The position numbers and the translations under genes were made by a program. 64,000 nt of DNA from Candidatus Fermentibacteraceae bacterium (GTDB lineage: Bacteria; Fermentibacterota; Fermentibacteria; Fermentibacterales; JCC-6). Where the stretch lies: contig JAWOHL010000005.1 in the NCBI GenBank assembly GCA_046485185.1, positions 27,605 to 91,604 of the forward strand, read 5' to 3'. The stretch's first letter is position 1. Each line of letters starts with the position of its first letter. The notes under the pieces were generated by a model that was not told the origin of the DNA, ran no database searches, and was given only the letters and a program-made list of their open reading frames with translations. Shown piece after piece: positions 9,552-18,809 of the stretch.

Positions 9552-10265
9552 ATGGCTTACCACAACAAACTTAGTTATCTAAGTCCGTCCCCCATAGTTC
9601 TTGCGGCGGGAGGGGGGAGGAGGATGGGGGGGGTGGAGAAGGCGTGCCTGAAAGTGGGTGGGAGAAGTCTTCTGGAGCGGCATTTCGGTAACTTCGCCGC
9701 GTTGGGTGTCACTGCGGACAGGGTTTCGGTGGTGTACGGCACCGAGGGTGTGAGGCTTGAGACTGAAAGGCTGGGCGGCAGGCCGGTGAAGTCGGGTTTG
9801 CCCGGCGCTCCGGGAACCCTGGGCTCGTTCATGGCTGTTTTTCCGTCCGGGGAGTGCCTCGTGGTCCATGGCGACCTTCTCTGGGAACCTTCAATGGCCT
9901 TTACCGCAATGAAGTGCCCTGGCGACGCTGTGATACCCGTCGATCCCCTGTCGGTCGATCGCGAGGCCATGAAGGCCGAGGTATACGGGGGATTGCTTGT
10001 CAGGCTGTCCAAGGACCTGAAGCCCGCGGAGTGCTCGGGCGAGTCCATGGGCATGTTCCTTTTCCGGGGGCATGTTCTGCCCGACCTCCGTGCCTGCTGT
10101 ACGAAGGCCGCAATGGAATTTGGTTGCCGGGCCGCGCTTGACGATGCTGTGACCTTTCTTGCTCAGGTCAGGAAGGTTGCCGTGGTTTTCGTTCCCGGAA
10201 GCAGGTGGGACGAGATTGACACCCCGGACGACCTGGCAAGGGCTGAAAGGGTATTCAATGGGTGA
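9552..10265 (+). CDS. MobA-like / sugar-alcohol-phosphate nucleotidyltransferase (NTP_transferase fold)
   Basis: LAAGGGRRMGG matches the (L)AGGxGxRMG NTP-binding motif, and the C-terminal EIDTPDDL is MobA/IPCT-like. Only ATG 9552 precedes the conserved motif. Confidence 0.7.
   Translation: MAYHNKLSYLSPSPIVLAAGGGRRMGGVEKACLKVGGRSLLERHFGNFAALGVTADRVSVVYGTEGVRLETERLGGRPVKSGLPGAPGTLGSFMAVFPSGECLVVHGDLLWEPSMAFTAMKCPGDAVIPVDPLSVDREAMKAEVYGGLLVRLSKDLKPAECSGESMGMFLFRGHVLPDLRACCTKAAMEFGCRAALDDAVTFLAQVRKVAVVFVPGSRWDEIDTPDDLARAERVFNG
9555..9595. repeat. direct repeat copy 1 (GCTTACCA..AAC..AGTTATCTAAGTCCGTCCCCCAT), 23-nt perfect core at 9573-9595
   Basis: Same core 23-mer recurs at 12790-12812 with an imperfect ~15-nt 5' extension. 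It lies inside the first 15 codons of the NTP-transferase CDS. Confidence 0.8.
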
Positions 10266-11013
10266 GATCAACGCATGGGACCAGGTATGGAAGGATTTTC
10301 CAACCGGTGGCCCGTTGCATGGTCTGGGTGAGTTCCTCTCCCGGCGGGCGGAACTGAAGCGGCTCGTCGTGACCGAGGTCTTCCGCGGGGCGCGGGTGCC
10401 CCCTGACGGCACGGTTCTCGAGGCCGGATGCGGAACGGGCAGCGTCATGGGTCTTCTCGCCGAAAGGGGTTTCCGCGTTGTGGGTGTTGATCTGTCCCCC
10501 GCCGCGCTTGTGCATGCCGCGTCGCATTCCCGTGAGCTTTCGGTCGCGACCGTCACCAGCCTCCCCTTCGCCAACGGAGCCTTCGACCTGGTGTACAGCA
10601 CGGGAGTTTTCGACCTTCTGGACGAACAAGACCTTTTCAGTGCGGTGGGGGAGGCGCTTCGGGTAACGGCCCCCGGTGGGCGGATCGTTCTTGTAACCGC
10701 GGCGCCCTGCCGGCTTCACCGCCGTGTCATGGGCCGCCTTGAAAGAAAGAACAGGTGGAGGTACGGCCCCAAAAGGGAGATCAAGTCATTGTCCGGTATC
10801 GTACTGGGTCACCGTCCCGATGCCCTGGTGAGGGAAAAGGGAAGAGGCTTCGCCCTTCAGCTCAGATTCCTGGTCTACCTTGTGGAGCACCGGCCGCTTC
10901 TCCGAAGGCTTTCACATGGTCTCTTCATGCTGGTCTCGATGCTTCTGTGGCCTCTTAACGCCCTGCCCGGGATGGTTCTGGTCACCACGGTGCAGTTACC
11001 GAAGGAGGCTTGA
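10258..11013 (+). CDS. class I SAM-dependent methyltransferase with C-terminal hydrophobic tail
   Basis: VLEAGCGTGSVMG is motif I. The ORF-track start at 10159 overlaps the upstream gene by about 100 nt. ATG at 10258 (ATGGGTGA overlap with the upstream stop) is the more likely start. Confidence 0.7.
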   Translation: MGEINAWDQVWKDFPTGGPLHGLGEFLSRRAELKRLVVTEVFRGARVPPDGTVLEAGCGTGSVMGLLAERGFRVVGVDLSPAALVHAASHSRELSVATVTSLPFANGAFDLVYSTGVFDLLDEQDLFSAVGEALRVTAPGGRIVLVTAAPCRLHRRVMGRLERKNRWRYGPKREIKSLSGIVLGHRPDALVREKGRGFALQLRFLVYLVEHRPLLRRLSHGLFMLVSMLLWPLNALPGMVLVTTVQLPKEA

Positions 11014-11765
11014 TGAAGTCCGTCCGGGAATTGAAAAGCGTCTGTCAGCCTCCCGGTCTGGATATGTGCCTTTACAGGCGGTTCGTGATCAGGCCCGTGA
11101 GCATTCATCTCACGAGGTTATTCATTGCCGCGGGTATCGGGGCTGACACGGTCTCGGTCATCAAAGGGGTCATCGCCCTGGCCGGTGCAGTGCTTTTCGG
11201 GCTGCGACCCCTTCCCGCTGCTCTGCTGCTTCAGTTCTCCTTCCTCCTCGATGCCTGCGACGGCGAAGTTGCCCGCTTTACGGGAAGCTGCTCACGGGCC
11301 CGGGGCGAGTACATCGACAAACTTGGGGATGCGGGTTCCCGCAGCATTTTCCATCTCTCCTGGGGGATAGGCGCCTTCCTTGCCGGGGGAGGATGGCCCG
11401 CCCTGGCGGCGGGTGCGGTGGTGGGATGCCTTTGGCTCACAGTGAGGTTCTGCTCTGTTGAAACCCTTCTTGAAAGCTTTTCGAACCATTCGGGCTCCGA
11501 GGGCTCAGCCGGGGAGAAGGCCGCGCTCGAAAAACTGTTTGTCAGAGATCCCGGGTCGGGAAGGATCGAGCACTTTTTCTCACTCCTCATCCACCCATGG
11601 GTGAACCTTGCCCTGCTGGCGGCCGTATCATCCCTTTTCACATACCGTGGGGTCTCCGGCCTTACAGTCCTTTTGTGGGCCTACACCGGGCTCTGGCTGG
11701 CAAACACCGTTCGCAAGGTCATCACATGCGCCGATGTAATGAACTTCAGGCGCCGCGACCCGTGA
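11010..11765 (+). CDS. CDP-alcohol phosphatidyltransferase family integral membrane protein
   Basis: DACDGEVAR...GEYIDKLGD matches the family signature D-x2-DG-x2-AR...G-x3-D-x3-D. Several TM helices. ATGA overlap with upstream gene. Confidence 0.8.
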   Translation: MMKSVRELKSVCQPPGLDMCLYRRFVIRPVSIHLTRLFIAAGIGADTVSVIKGVIALAGAVLFGLRPLPAALLLQFSFLLDACDGEVARFTGSCSRARGEYIDKLGDAGSRSIFHLSWGIGAFLAGGGWPALAAGAVVGCLWLTVRFCSVETLLESFSNHSGSEGSAGEKAALEKLFVRDPGSGRIEHFFSLLIHPWVNLALLAAVSSLFTYRGVSGLTVLLWAYTGLWLANTVRKVITCADVMNFRRRDP

Positions 11766-12703
11766 ACGCGCTCCTTGCATTGATTGGGTCGGTGCTGGCC
11801 GTTGTGAACTCAGGGGCCGACCGGGTTCTGCACCTCTCCGGAACGCCGGTGGGTATCACAGCTGTCGGAGGGGAATACTGGGTGGTTACCTGCGTTGATC
11901 CGGCGGGTGTTTTCCTTCTGGACCGAAGCGGCTGGACTGTTTCTGAGTATCCCGGTGACTTCCGCGAGCCCCAGGGGACAGGATTGCTCGGAGATGAGCC
12001 TCTGGTGTGCGACAGGGGAGCGAACCGCCTTCATGTAGGTTTTCCCGGGGTCTCCAGAGCGGTGGAACTGCCGGGAGGGCCTTTTGCCGTGACGACGGCG
12101 GACTGGACCGGGAACGGGGAACGGACTGCAGTGGTTACGCTGAGGGATTCGGGTCAGGTGGTCCTCGTGACGGAAAACGGGGCGTTGGTTCTGGCTGCGC
12201 TGCCGGGCGCCCGGACGGCAGCCGCGGTCGACACGGATGGCGATGGCGACGATGAACTGCTTGTAGCGTGCTGCGGGACCGGGCTTCACCTGGTGGTTAA
12301 CCCTGAAGACGGGGGCGAACCTATCGTGAGGCGAATCGGAGTTCTGGGTGATGGCGTTAAGGCATTGGCCACCCTTGATATGGATGCCGACGGCGACCCC
12401 GATGCGGTGGGGATAGCGTGCGCCGAGGGAGGCGTGTGCTGGTGGGAAAACCCCGGCCCGAGCGGTTCGGAATGGTCAAGGCACGACCTTGACCCCGGGG
12501 TCTCGGGCCCCAAATCCATCGCGGTATCCGGCGAAAGGATCCTTGTGTCGGCGCTGTTCAGCCCGTCAATGCTCTACGGCCCAGGTGAGATCAGTTACCT
12601 GCCCCGGGGTTGCACGGCATGCGCCTTCGGCGCTGAAGGGACATTCGTTCTGGCGCATCGCGCAGGCTTCATCATGGAGTTCACGGCAGCCCCTTCTCCT
12701 TGA
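11762..12703 (+). CDS. secreted FG-GAP/VCBS-repeat protein
   Basis: Likely GTG start at 11762 (GTGA overlap) giving a signal-peptide-like N-terminus VNALLALIGSVLAVV. Asp-rich Ca-binding repeats DTDGDGDDELLV and DMDADGDPDAVGI. The ORF-track start at 11597 is probably an upstream extension. Confidence 0.6.
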   Translation: MNALLALIGSVLAVVNSGADRVLHLSGTPVGITAVGGEYWVVTCVDPAGVFLLDRSGWTVSEYPGDFREPQGTGLLGDEPLVCDRGANRLHVGFPGVSRAVELPGGPFAVTTADWTGNGERTAVVTLRDSGQVVLVTENGALVLAALPGARTAAAVDTDGDGDDELLVACCGTGLHLVVNPEDGGEPIVRRIGVLGDGVKALATLDMDADGDPDAVGIACAEGGVCWWENPGPSGSEWSRHDLDPGVSGPKSIAVSGERILVSALFSPSMLYGPGEISYLPRGCTACAFGAEGTFVLAHRAGFIMEFTAAPSP

Positions 12704-12776
12704 GCTTCCGGCACCGCTGCGGGGCTGACAAGAATGAGTCATCTGGATTTTAAAACTATTGTATGACTTTGACTTA

Positions 12777-12812
12777 GCTTACCAAACGAAGTTATCTAAG
12801 TCCGTCCCCCAT
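12777..12812. repeat. direct repeat copy 2, 23-nt perfect core at 12790-12812
   Basis: Identical 23-mer AGTTATCTAAGTCCGTCCCCCAT. It contains the radC stop codon (minus-strand TAG at 12796-12798) and last codons. It is preceded by an AT-rich segment unusual for this genome. Confidence 0.8.
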
Positions 12813-13470
12813 CCATCAAGCCGCGTTCCCTGAGGCTCAAAACGCCTGAGTCGGTTACGATGAAGTGGTCGAGCACACGGAAGCCAAGCTCGTCGCCCAG
12901 CTTCGTGAGCGCTCTGGTGAGGGAGAGGTCCTGCGGGCTCGCCTCGAGCCGTCCGCCGGGGTGGTTGTGCACCAGGATGACTCCCGTGGCGTTGTGGGCG
13001 ATTACCTTTTCCACAAGGTTCCTGGGGTGCACCGTGGCCCTGTCGACCGTTCCGAACTCGAGTTCGGCCTCGGAAAGCAGCCTGTTGTCCTGGTCGAGCA
13101 GGAAGGCGCAGAACCTCTCCTTCCTTCTGGTTCCCAGGCGGGTCTTCAGGTAGTCCCTCACAACCTCGGGGCCAGTGATCTGCAGACTGCCCTTTTCGGG
13201 GGTCAGGGCCAGTGAGTTCATGGAGTGAACCAGTGTTATCAGGGCCGCCGCCGAAGGCCCCACGCCTTCTACCGTCTCTAGGTTGTCGGGGGACTGCCTG
13301 AGGGTGTTTTCGAGGGTCCCGAACTTCTCCAGAAGGGCTGAGGAGACCTGTCTGGTGTCCCGCCGGGGCGCAGCGTAGGTCAGAAGCAGTTCGAGGGCCT
13401 CGCGCTGGGTGAAACCACCGATGCCCACCCGTAAAAGCCTGTTCCTGAGCCTCTCCCTGTGGCCCTCCAT
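12796..13470 (-). CDS. radC: RadC-family JAB/MPN-domain protein
   Basis: LVHNHPGG is the JAMM-like HNHP motif, and the N-terminal RERL..G..LSD.ELLE pattern is RadC-like. The internal ATG at 13468-13470 (MEGHRERL) sits 2 nt after the mscS stop. The ORF-track start at 13578 overlaps mscS. Confidence 0.75.
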   Translation of the reverse strand: MEGHRERLRNRLLRVGIGGFTQREALELLLTYAAPRRDTRQVSSALLEKFGTLENTLRQSPDNLETVEGVGPSAAALITLVHSMNSLALTPEKGSLQITGPEVVRDYLKTRLGTRRKERFCAFLLDQDNRLLSEAELEFGTVDRATVHPRNLVEKVIAHNATGVILVHNHPGGRLEASPQDLSLTRALTKLGDELGFRVLDHFIVTDSGVLSLRERGLMDGGRT

Positions 13471-13472
13471 CC

Positions 13473-14525
13473 TCAGCCCCCCATGTGGATGGTCTGGGTG
13501 GGGAAGGCGAACTCCATCCCGGCGGCGCTCACGGCGTGCATCACCGAAAGGTTGATCTCTTCCCTTAAACGCAGCCATTCCACGAAGTCGGTGGTTTTCA
13601 CGAAGAACTTCATCTCGATGTTCAGCGAGTAGCTTCCGAACTCGGTGAAGAAGACCATGATGGTCTCATCGTCCACCATCGGGTTCTGGTGAAGCAGATT
13701 CCTGAGGCTTTCGAGAAGCGCTTCCATCATGGGGGGTGTGGGGCCGTAAGTGACGCCCACCGTGATCTCCGTGCGGCGCATGGGTCTTTGTGAGAGGTTG
13801 TCGATGGTTGAGTCCACCACCTCCTTGTTGGGAATGGAGACAAGTGTTTTGCCCATTGTCCTTATCCTGGTGGACCTGAGGCCAATCTCCTCCACTATGC
13901 CCAAGGTGCTTCCGATCTGTACCAGGTCGCCCACCCTGAAGGGTTTGTCCATGAAGAGGATGATCGAGCTGAAGAAACCGCTCAGGCTGTCCTGGGCGGC
14001 CAGGGCGACCGCCAGGCCACCTATCCCCAGTCCGGCGATGATCCCGCTGAGCGGGTACCCGAGCATCTGAAGGAAGAAGCCGACACCAAGTGCTCCCACA
14101 AGGATCTTTGCCAGCTTCCTGAGAACCGGGACCAACTGGTTGTCAAGGCTGGAACCCACGGGAATGTCGGTGGAGCACTTCCTGGAGGCGACCGAATCGA
14201 TGAGTATCCACACGGTCCAGACCACGCCGGCCAGGACCAGGAACAGAAACAGCTTCAGCGCCGCCGCTGAAAGCCCCGGTGAGATCCCCAGAAGCCTGAG
14301 CGCAGCGTAAAGACCTCCCCAGAGAACTATCATCCCAACGGGTCTTGCCGCGTCCCGCAGAAAGCAGGCCGGAACGCCGTCTCCTCTGCCTGCGCTTCTG
14401 CGCATTACATAGACCGCGAGCTTTCGGGCAAGGAGTGATAACACTGCCAGTACCGCGAAGGCTGCCACCTTGCCCAGGGGGACACCGGCCACCCCGTATC
14501 CGATGTACTCGTCAAGAAAGCCCAA
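13473..14525 (-). CDS. small-conductance mechanosensitive channel MscS family
   Basis: 350 aa. N-terminal TM helices and the conserved MscS beta-domain (GDLVQIGSTLGIVEEIGLRSTRIRT...VSIPN). Confidence 0.8.
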   Translation of the reverse strand: MGFLDEYIGYGVAGVPLGKVAAFAVLAVLSLLARKLAVYVMRRSAGRGDGVPACFLRDAARPVGMIVLWGGLYAALRLLGISPGLSAAALKLFLFLVLAGVVWTVWILIDSVASRKCSTDIPVGSSLDNQLVPVLRKLAKILVGALGVGFFLQMLGYPLSGIIAGLGIGGLAVALAAQDSLSGFFSSIILFMDKPFRVGDLVQIGSTLGIVEEIGLRSTRIRTMGKTLVSIPNKEVVDSTIDNLSQRPMRRTEITVGVTYGPTPPMMEALLESLRNLLHQNPMVDDETIMVFFTEFGSYSLNIEMKFFVKTTDFVEWLRLREEINLSVMHAVSAAGMEFAFPTQTIHMGG

Positions 14526-14600
14526 TGATCCGCCTCCCCATGATGATGCCCAGAGCCCGTATACCTGTGCGATTCAACATTACAGCAGTCCCGCGGGGTG

Positions 14601-14614
14601 TCAACCGTTGACGA
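14601..14614. promoter_or_regulatory. perfect palindrome GTCAAC-CG-GTTGAC in the divergent mscS/lepB intergenic region (candidate operator)
   Basis: Read directly from the 14526-14657 intergenic region. Position relative to both divergent starts suits a repressor site. Coordinates are approximate. Confidence 0.25.
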
Positions 14615-14657
14615 AAGGGTATTCTCTGCCCATTATGGGCGTTCGGAAAGGGGAATC

Positions 14658-15395
14658 ATGACGGACAAAACCCTGAAGACCTACAACTGGTTTCTACAGG
14701 TGGCGCTTGCGCTTCTGATCTTTTTCGGCTGCCTCAGACCCTACATCATCGAGGCATTCAGGATTCCCACCCCCAGCATGGAGCGCACGCTTCTTGTCGG
14801 GGATCACCTCCTGGTCCTCAAGGTGGCCAAGGGGCAGTACATCCCCTGGACCGACAGGGCAAGACCTCTGCTGCACGGCTTCAGGGGGGGCGAGCACGGC
14901 CTTCTCATGCCCGGCGCGGGCACGGTCACACTCGGCGAGGTGATCGTGTTCAGGTACCCCGCGCAGCCCGACACCGACTTCGTCAAAAGGGTCGTGGCCC
15001 TTTCCGGCGACACAGTGAAGGTCATGGGCGACACCCTGTTCGTGAACGGGTCACCGTCTCACTGGCACGGCATGTTCCAGGACGCCCTGAGCGCAAGCAT
15101 CATCGACGATGACTGGCCGGCATGCCTTCCCATGCTCAGGGGAAGGGTCCCCGACCTGGCCTTCGACGTGATGGCGCGCGCAGTTGTTCTGGACGGCCAG
15201 GGCGACCCCGCATATATCGTACCAGAGGGTTACATCTTCATGATGGGCGATAACCGTGATCATTCCAGCGACAGCAGGATATGGGGCCCCCTCGACGAAA
15301 ACCTCATCAAGGGCAAAGCCCTTGTCATTTACTGGTCCTGGCTTCCGGGAAGGGGTTTTCCCGACCTGTCCAGAGTGACCATGCTGGTGAGGTAG
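14658..15395 (+). CDS. lepB: signal peptidase I
   Basis: IPTPSMERTLLVGD is the catalytic Ser box, GDNRDHSSDSRIWG is box E. SD AAAGGGGA precedes ATG 14658. Confidence 0.85.
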   Translation: MTDKTLKTYNWFLQVALALLIFFGCLRPYIIEAFRIPTPSMERTLLVGDHLLVLKVAKGQYIPWTDRARPLLHGFRGGEHGLLMPGAGTVTLGEVIVFRYPAQPDTDFVKRVVALSGDTVKVMGDTLFVNGSPSHWHGMFQDALSASIIDDDWPACLPMLRGRVPDLAFDVMARAVVLDGQGDPAYIVPEGYIFMMGDNRDHSSDSRIWGPLDENLIKGKALVIYWSWLPGRGFPDLSRVTMLVR

Positions 15396-15401
15396 GTTTC
15401 C

Positions 15402-16328
15402 ATGACGTGTCTGCCCTATTCCGAGGTCCTTTTCGGACGGATCCCCGTCGAGTTCCTCAAACTGAAAAAGATTCTTGACAGCGCCATGGACAACCGTGAT
15501 TTCCGCCGGGACGGCTACTGGGAGGTCACCACCGACGACGAGGTCCTGGCAAGGCTCATCCTGAAGGGCGGGCGCCCCTACTACATCCACGGGAATCCCA
15601 GCCTCGATTCGGCGGCCTTCATCAACTGGATGGAACACGAGACCCGTGAGATAAGCCTCACGGTCCGATTTCTGGCGGAAGGCTGCCTTCCGTCCGTGAT
15701 GAAATACCTCAGGGACGACCCGGTACTCACCGAGCTCGAGAACGGCCAGGGCGAGGTCCTTCAGCTCCTGCACTCACTCCGGACATCAGGCGAGAGCGGA
15801 CTGGTCAGCTTGCGTTACCCGGAAGGCACACTCCTCATTCCGGTCAGGGAGGGGAAGGTGTCGCGGGGGTGGGGTTCGGGTTCCACGTTCATGGGCAGAA
15901 AGCTCGTCGACTTCCTGAAGGGCGACGACACGCTCGAGGGTGTCGCCGAGTTCAGGGAGGGCGATGTCAAAGAGCTTTCTCCCCTGGGCATAGCCGAGAT
16001 CTCGGTCATCCTCGGGTCCGTGAACTCGTGGCTCGATTCACTCAGGCCGGTCTGGCCGCAGTGCGAAGGCGTCATTCCCGATCTTCTGGCAAAGCTCAAA
16101 AAGAGCGATGAGTGGATGAGTCCCCTCGATTACGAAAGCGGCGACAACCTGTTCCTGCGTGAGCAGTTATCGGACTCCAGCCTTTTCCCCGACGCAATGG
16201 CGATGTTCGTGAACAACCTGTGCAAGAAACATCCGTCCCCCACCACCGCCATGAAACTCTTTACAAGCATTAACCGCGGCAGGGAAGCCGTCCTCTCCTC
16301 GGTGGGCATGCTGGAGAAACTGGTCTGA
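15402..16328 (+). CDS. hypothetical protein (possible DUF4388-like segment)
   Basis: 308 aa, high GC3, no signal peptide. The motif GEVLQLLHSLRTSGESGLVSL resembles the DUF4388 core. Function unknown. Confidence 0.5.
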   Translation: MTCLPYSEVLFGRIPVEFLKLKKILDSAMDNRDFRRDGYWEVTTDDEVLARLILKGGRPYYIHGNPSLDSAAFINWMEHETREISLTVRFLAEGCLPSVMKYLRDDPVLTELENGQGEVLQLLHSLRTSGESGLVSLRYPEGTLLIPVREGKVSRGWGSGSTFMGRKLVDFLKGDDTLEGVAEFREGDVKELSPLGIAEISVILGSVNSWLDSLRPVWPQCEGVIPDLLAKLKKSDEWMSPLDYESGDNLFLREQLSDSSLFPDAMAMFVNNLCKKHPSPTTAMKLFTSINRGREAVLSSVGMLEKLV

Positions 16329-16335
16329 TGAGGGA

Positions 16336-16992
16336 CTACGAGAGCCTGTCGAAATCCTCGCGGCTGCCTATCAGCCAGAGGAGGTCGCCCTCTTCGAGAA
16401 TGTCGTCGGGCAGCGGAACCCGGTAGTCGTACCCGTCCTTTATCTTCTTGCCGAAGAAAGCGATGTTGACCCCGAATATCCTTCTGATATCGAGGTCTTT
16501 GATGCGCTTGTTCAGCATCTCGCGGGCTGGCTCGGTGATCCTGAGTTCAATGCCCGACCTGAGGGGCACGTACTCCTTCACGCCGGTGTAGGTGATCGCC
16601 CTGGCCTTGTTGATGCCCTGTTCGTGTTCGGGCCTGTAAACCTCGTCGGCGCCAACGGCCACAAGAATGCGCTGTTCCCTGTCGGAGCCGGCACGGCTGA
16701 TGACCCTGAGTCCCATGTCCTTCAGAATCCTGGTGACCAGGACATTTGTGCCGAAGTCCTCTCCGATGGCCACCACCGCCAGGTCGACTGAAGCCAGCCC
16801 GTGACCCCTGAGAAGGCTTTCGTCGGCGCAGTCGAAACAGACCGCGTTGTAGACCTTGTTGCTTATCTCCTGGATCTTCTTCTCGTTCCTGTCGATGGCG
16901 ATGACCTCGACGCCCTGCCGTTCGAGTTCCATGGCAAGGCTGCTGCCAAAGGCCCCAAGGCCGATCACAGCTATTTTGGCGGGTTTGTCCAT
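16336..16992 (-). CDS. trkA: Trk/Ktr potassium uptake system NAD-binding (RCK) subunit
   Basis: IAVIGLGAFGSSLA Rossmann GxGxxG. RCK_N plus RCK_C pattern. Adjacent to trkH. Confidence 0.8.
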   Translation of the reverse strand: MDKPAKIAVIGLGAFGSSLAMELERQGVEVIAIDRNEKKIQEISNKVYNAVCFDCADESLLRGHGLASVDLAVVAIGEDFGTNVLVTRILKDMGLRVISRAGSDREQRILVAVGADEVYRPEHEQGINKARAITYTGVKEYVPLRSGIELRITEPAREMLNKRIKDLDIRRIFGVNIAFFGKKIKDGYDYRVPLPDDILEEGDLLWLIGSREDFDRLS

Positions 16993-17003
16993 TACTGTCC
17001 TGC

Positions 17004-18725
17004 CTACCCTATCGTTACCCTGGCTTCAGGATACAGATACTTCGCAGAATCCACCCTGAAGGTGGCCGCCGCCAGGGTTGCCGGCACCGTACGCCCTATG
17101 AACATGGTAATGATAACGATCCACCTTCCCAAAGTGGTAAGGCCCGGTGTGACCCCGGTGGAGAGCCCCACGGTTCCAAAGGCGCTCATGGATTCAAAAA
17201 CATACTCCATGGGTTCCCGGGGGCCAATGGAGTCCCTCTCGGAAAGGAGCAGAGAAAATGCCGACACCGAGAAAACAACGAATCCTATGGTGAATATGGC
17301 TCCCGCCCTTCTCAGGTCGAAGTTTGGGATCCTTCTCTTCCAGATCTCAGGGCTCAGCCTTCCCGTAATGAGCGACCTCGTGGACAGGAGCATGAGACCC
17401 AGGGCGGTTGTTTTCACACCGCCGCCGGTACCGCCCGGAGAGGCACCCACGAACATCAGCAGGATGAAGAGCCAGCGGATCTGGGGAAGAAGCGAAGCAG
17501 TGGGTACCGTGTTGAAACCAGCGGTTCTGGGTGTGACGGCCTGAAGGAACGAGTTTGCGAGCTTGTCTTCGAGGTTCATACCCTTCAATGTGTTGTTCCA
17601 CTCAAGACCGAGGAACGCCGTGTATGCAATGATGATGAGAACGAAGGTCATCAGGCAGACAAAACGGGCCTGAATGGGAAGGCGTACCCTGCGTCCGGTC
17701 CTTATGAACCCCACCCATCGCATGGCTATTGCGGTGAGCACTCCGAAACCCATCCCTCCCAGCACAATGAGCGAGCCCATGATCATTGATGTGGCGGGTG
17801 AGCCGCTGAAACCCTCGAGACCGTTTGAGTTGAGGCTGAAGCCGGCGTTGCAGAAGGCGCTCACGCTGTGGAATACTGACTGCCAGATCAGCTCGCCGGC
17901 GCCCCAATGTGGCCTCAGACCCCTCCAAGTGGACATGAGCATCAGAGCTCCCACTATCTCGATAACCAATGTCCACATGATGATGGAGAGAATGATCTGC
18001 TTCAGGTCGCTGATGAAGTCGCTGTCCATCAGACGGCTCAGAGAGAAGGCATCGCGCAGGCTGAGGTTCTGGCCCAGGGAAAGGGCGAAGAACGCGGCGA
18101 AGGTCATGATGCCCAGCCCGCCGGTCTGTATGAGCAGAAGTATTATGAACTGCCCGAACCCGGTGAAACCTTTTTCTGTGTCGATAACCGTGAGACCCGT
18201 TACGCAGGTGGCGCTGGCGCTTGTGAAGAACGCGTCGGTGAAGGTGATCGTGAAGCCTTCCGGGGTGGCTTTGGGATGCATGAGAAGCAGAGCGCCGAAA
18301 AGGACCGTGATGAGGAAGCTCGCGGGAAGCACCAGAGCTGGGTTCAGCCTTCCGGCGAGCCTGATGATCGCTCTCAGGATGACCCGCCCCGCCATGAGAA
18401 AGGCGTAAACGGATACCGTCACGCCGGGCTCGGGGATCCACCGGGCATTCCACCCCGCAAACCCCGAGGCGATGTGCAGCATGACGACTGCGATCAGCAG
18501 GGCGTTCATGACCATGAACCAGGGGGTGCGCCTGTCGGGGACAAGCCCCTCCCGCTTTGTCAGGAAGGGCGCAAGGGCGAACAGCACGCTCTCCAGAACG
18601 AAGAACACTGTAACGGACTGCAGCAGGCTGCCGCCGCTGATCTGGAAATAGTGCCTCGCGGCAAACAAGACCATGACCAGCAAACAGTTGGCGAATCCGT
18701 AGACCAGGCCGCCGAACCTCTTCAT
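17004..18725 (-). CDS. trkH: TrkH/KtrB-family potassium transporter membrane subunit
   Basis: Multiple selectivity-filter-like GxG segments (TGLTVID, NAGFS, TVGLSTG) and about 12 TM helices. The true start is MKRFGG (ATG at 18723-18725). The 1004-aa ORF in the track is an artefact that continues antisense through the aldolase gene. Confidence 0.8.
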   Translation of the reverse strand: MKRFGGLVYGFANCLLVMVLFAARHYFQISGGSLLQSVTVFFVLESVLFALAPFLTKREGLVPDRRTPWFMVMNALLIAVVMLHIASGFAGWNARWIPEPGVTVSVYAFLMAGRVILRAIIRLAGRLNPALVLPASFLITVLFGALLLMHPKATPEGFTITFTDAFFTSASATCVTGLTVIDTEKGFTGFGQFIILLLIQTGGLGIMTFAAFFALSLGQNLSLRDAFSLSRLMDSDFISDLKQIILSIIMWTLVIEIVGALMLMSTWRGLRPHWGAGELIWQSVFHSVSAFCNAGFSLNSNGLEGFSGSPATSMIMGSLIVLGGMGFGVLTAIAMRWVGFIRTGRRVRLPIQARFVCLMTFVLIIIAYTAFLGLEWNNTLKGMNLEDKLANSFLQAVTPRTAGFNTVPTASLLPQIRWLFILLMFVGASPGGTGGGVKTTALGLMLLSTRSLITGRLSPEIWKRRIPNFDLRRAGAIFTIGFVVFSVSAFSLLLSERDSIGPREPMEYVFESMSAFGTVGLSTGVTPGLTTLGRWIVIITMFIGRTVPATLAAATFRVDSAKYLYPEARVTIG

Positions 18726-18809
18726 GGATGCTTTCCCTTCCGCTGCGGATTGGAGCATATTTATCCATAACCGCCCAAAGGTCAAGCACCCTCCCTGGAA
18801 GGAGCCTCC

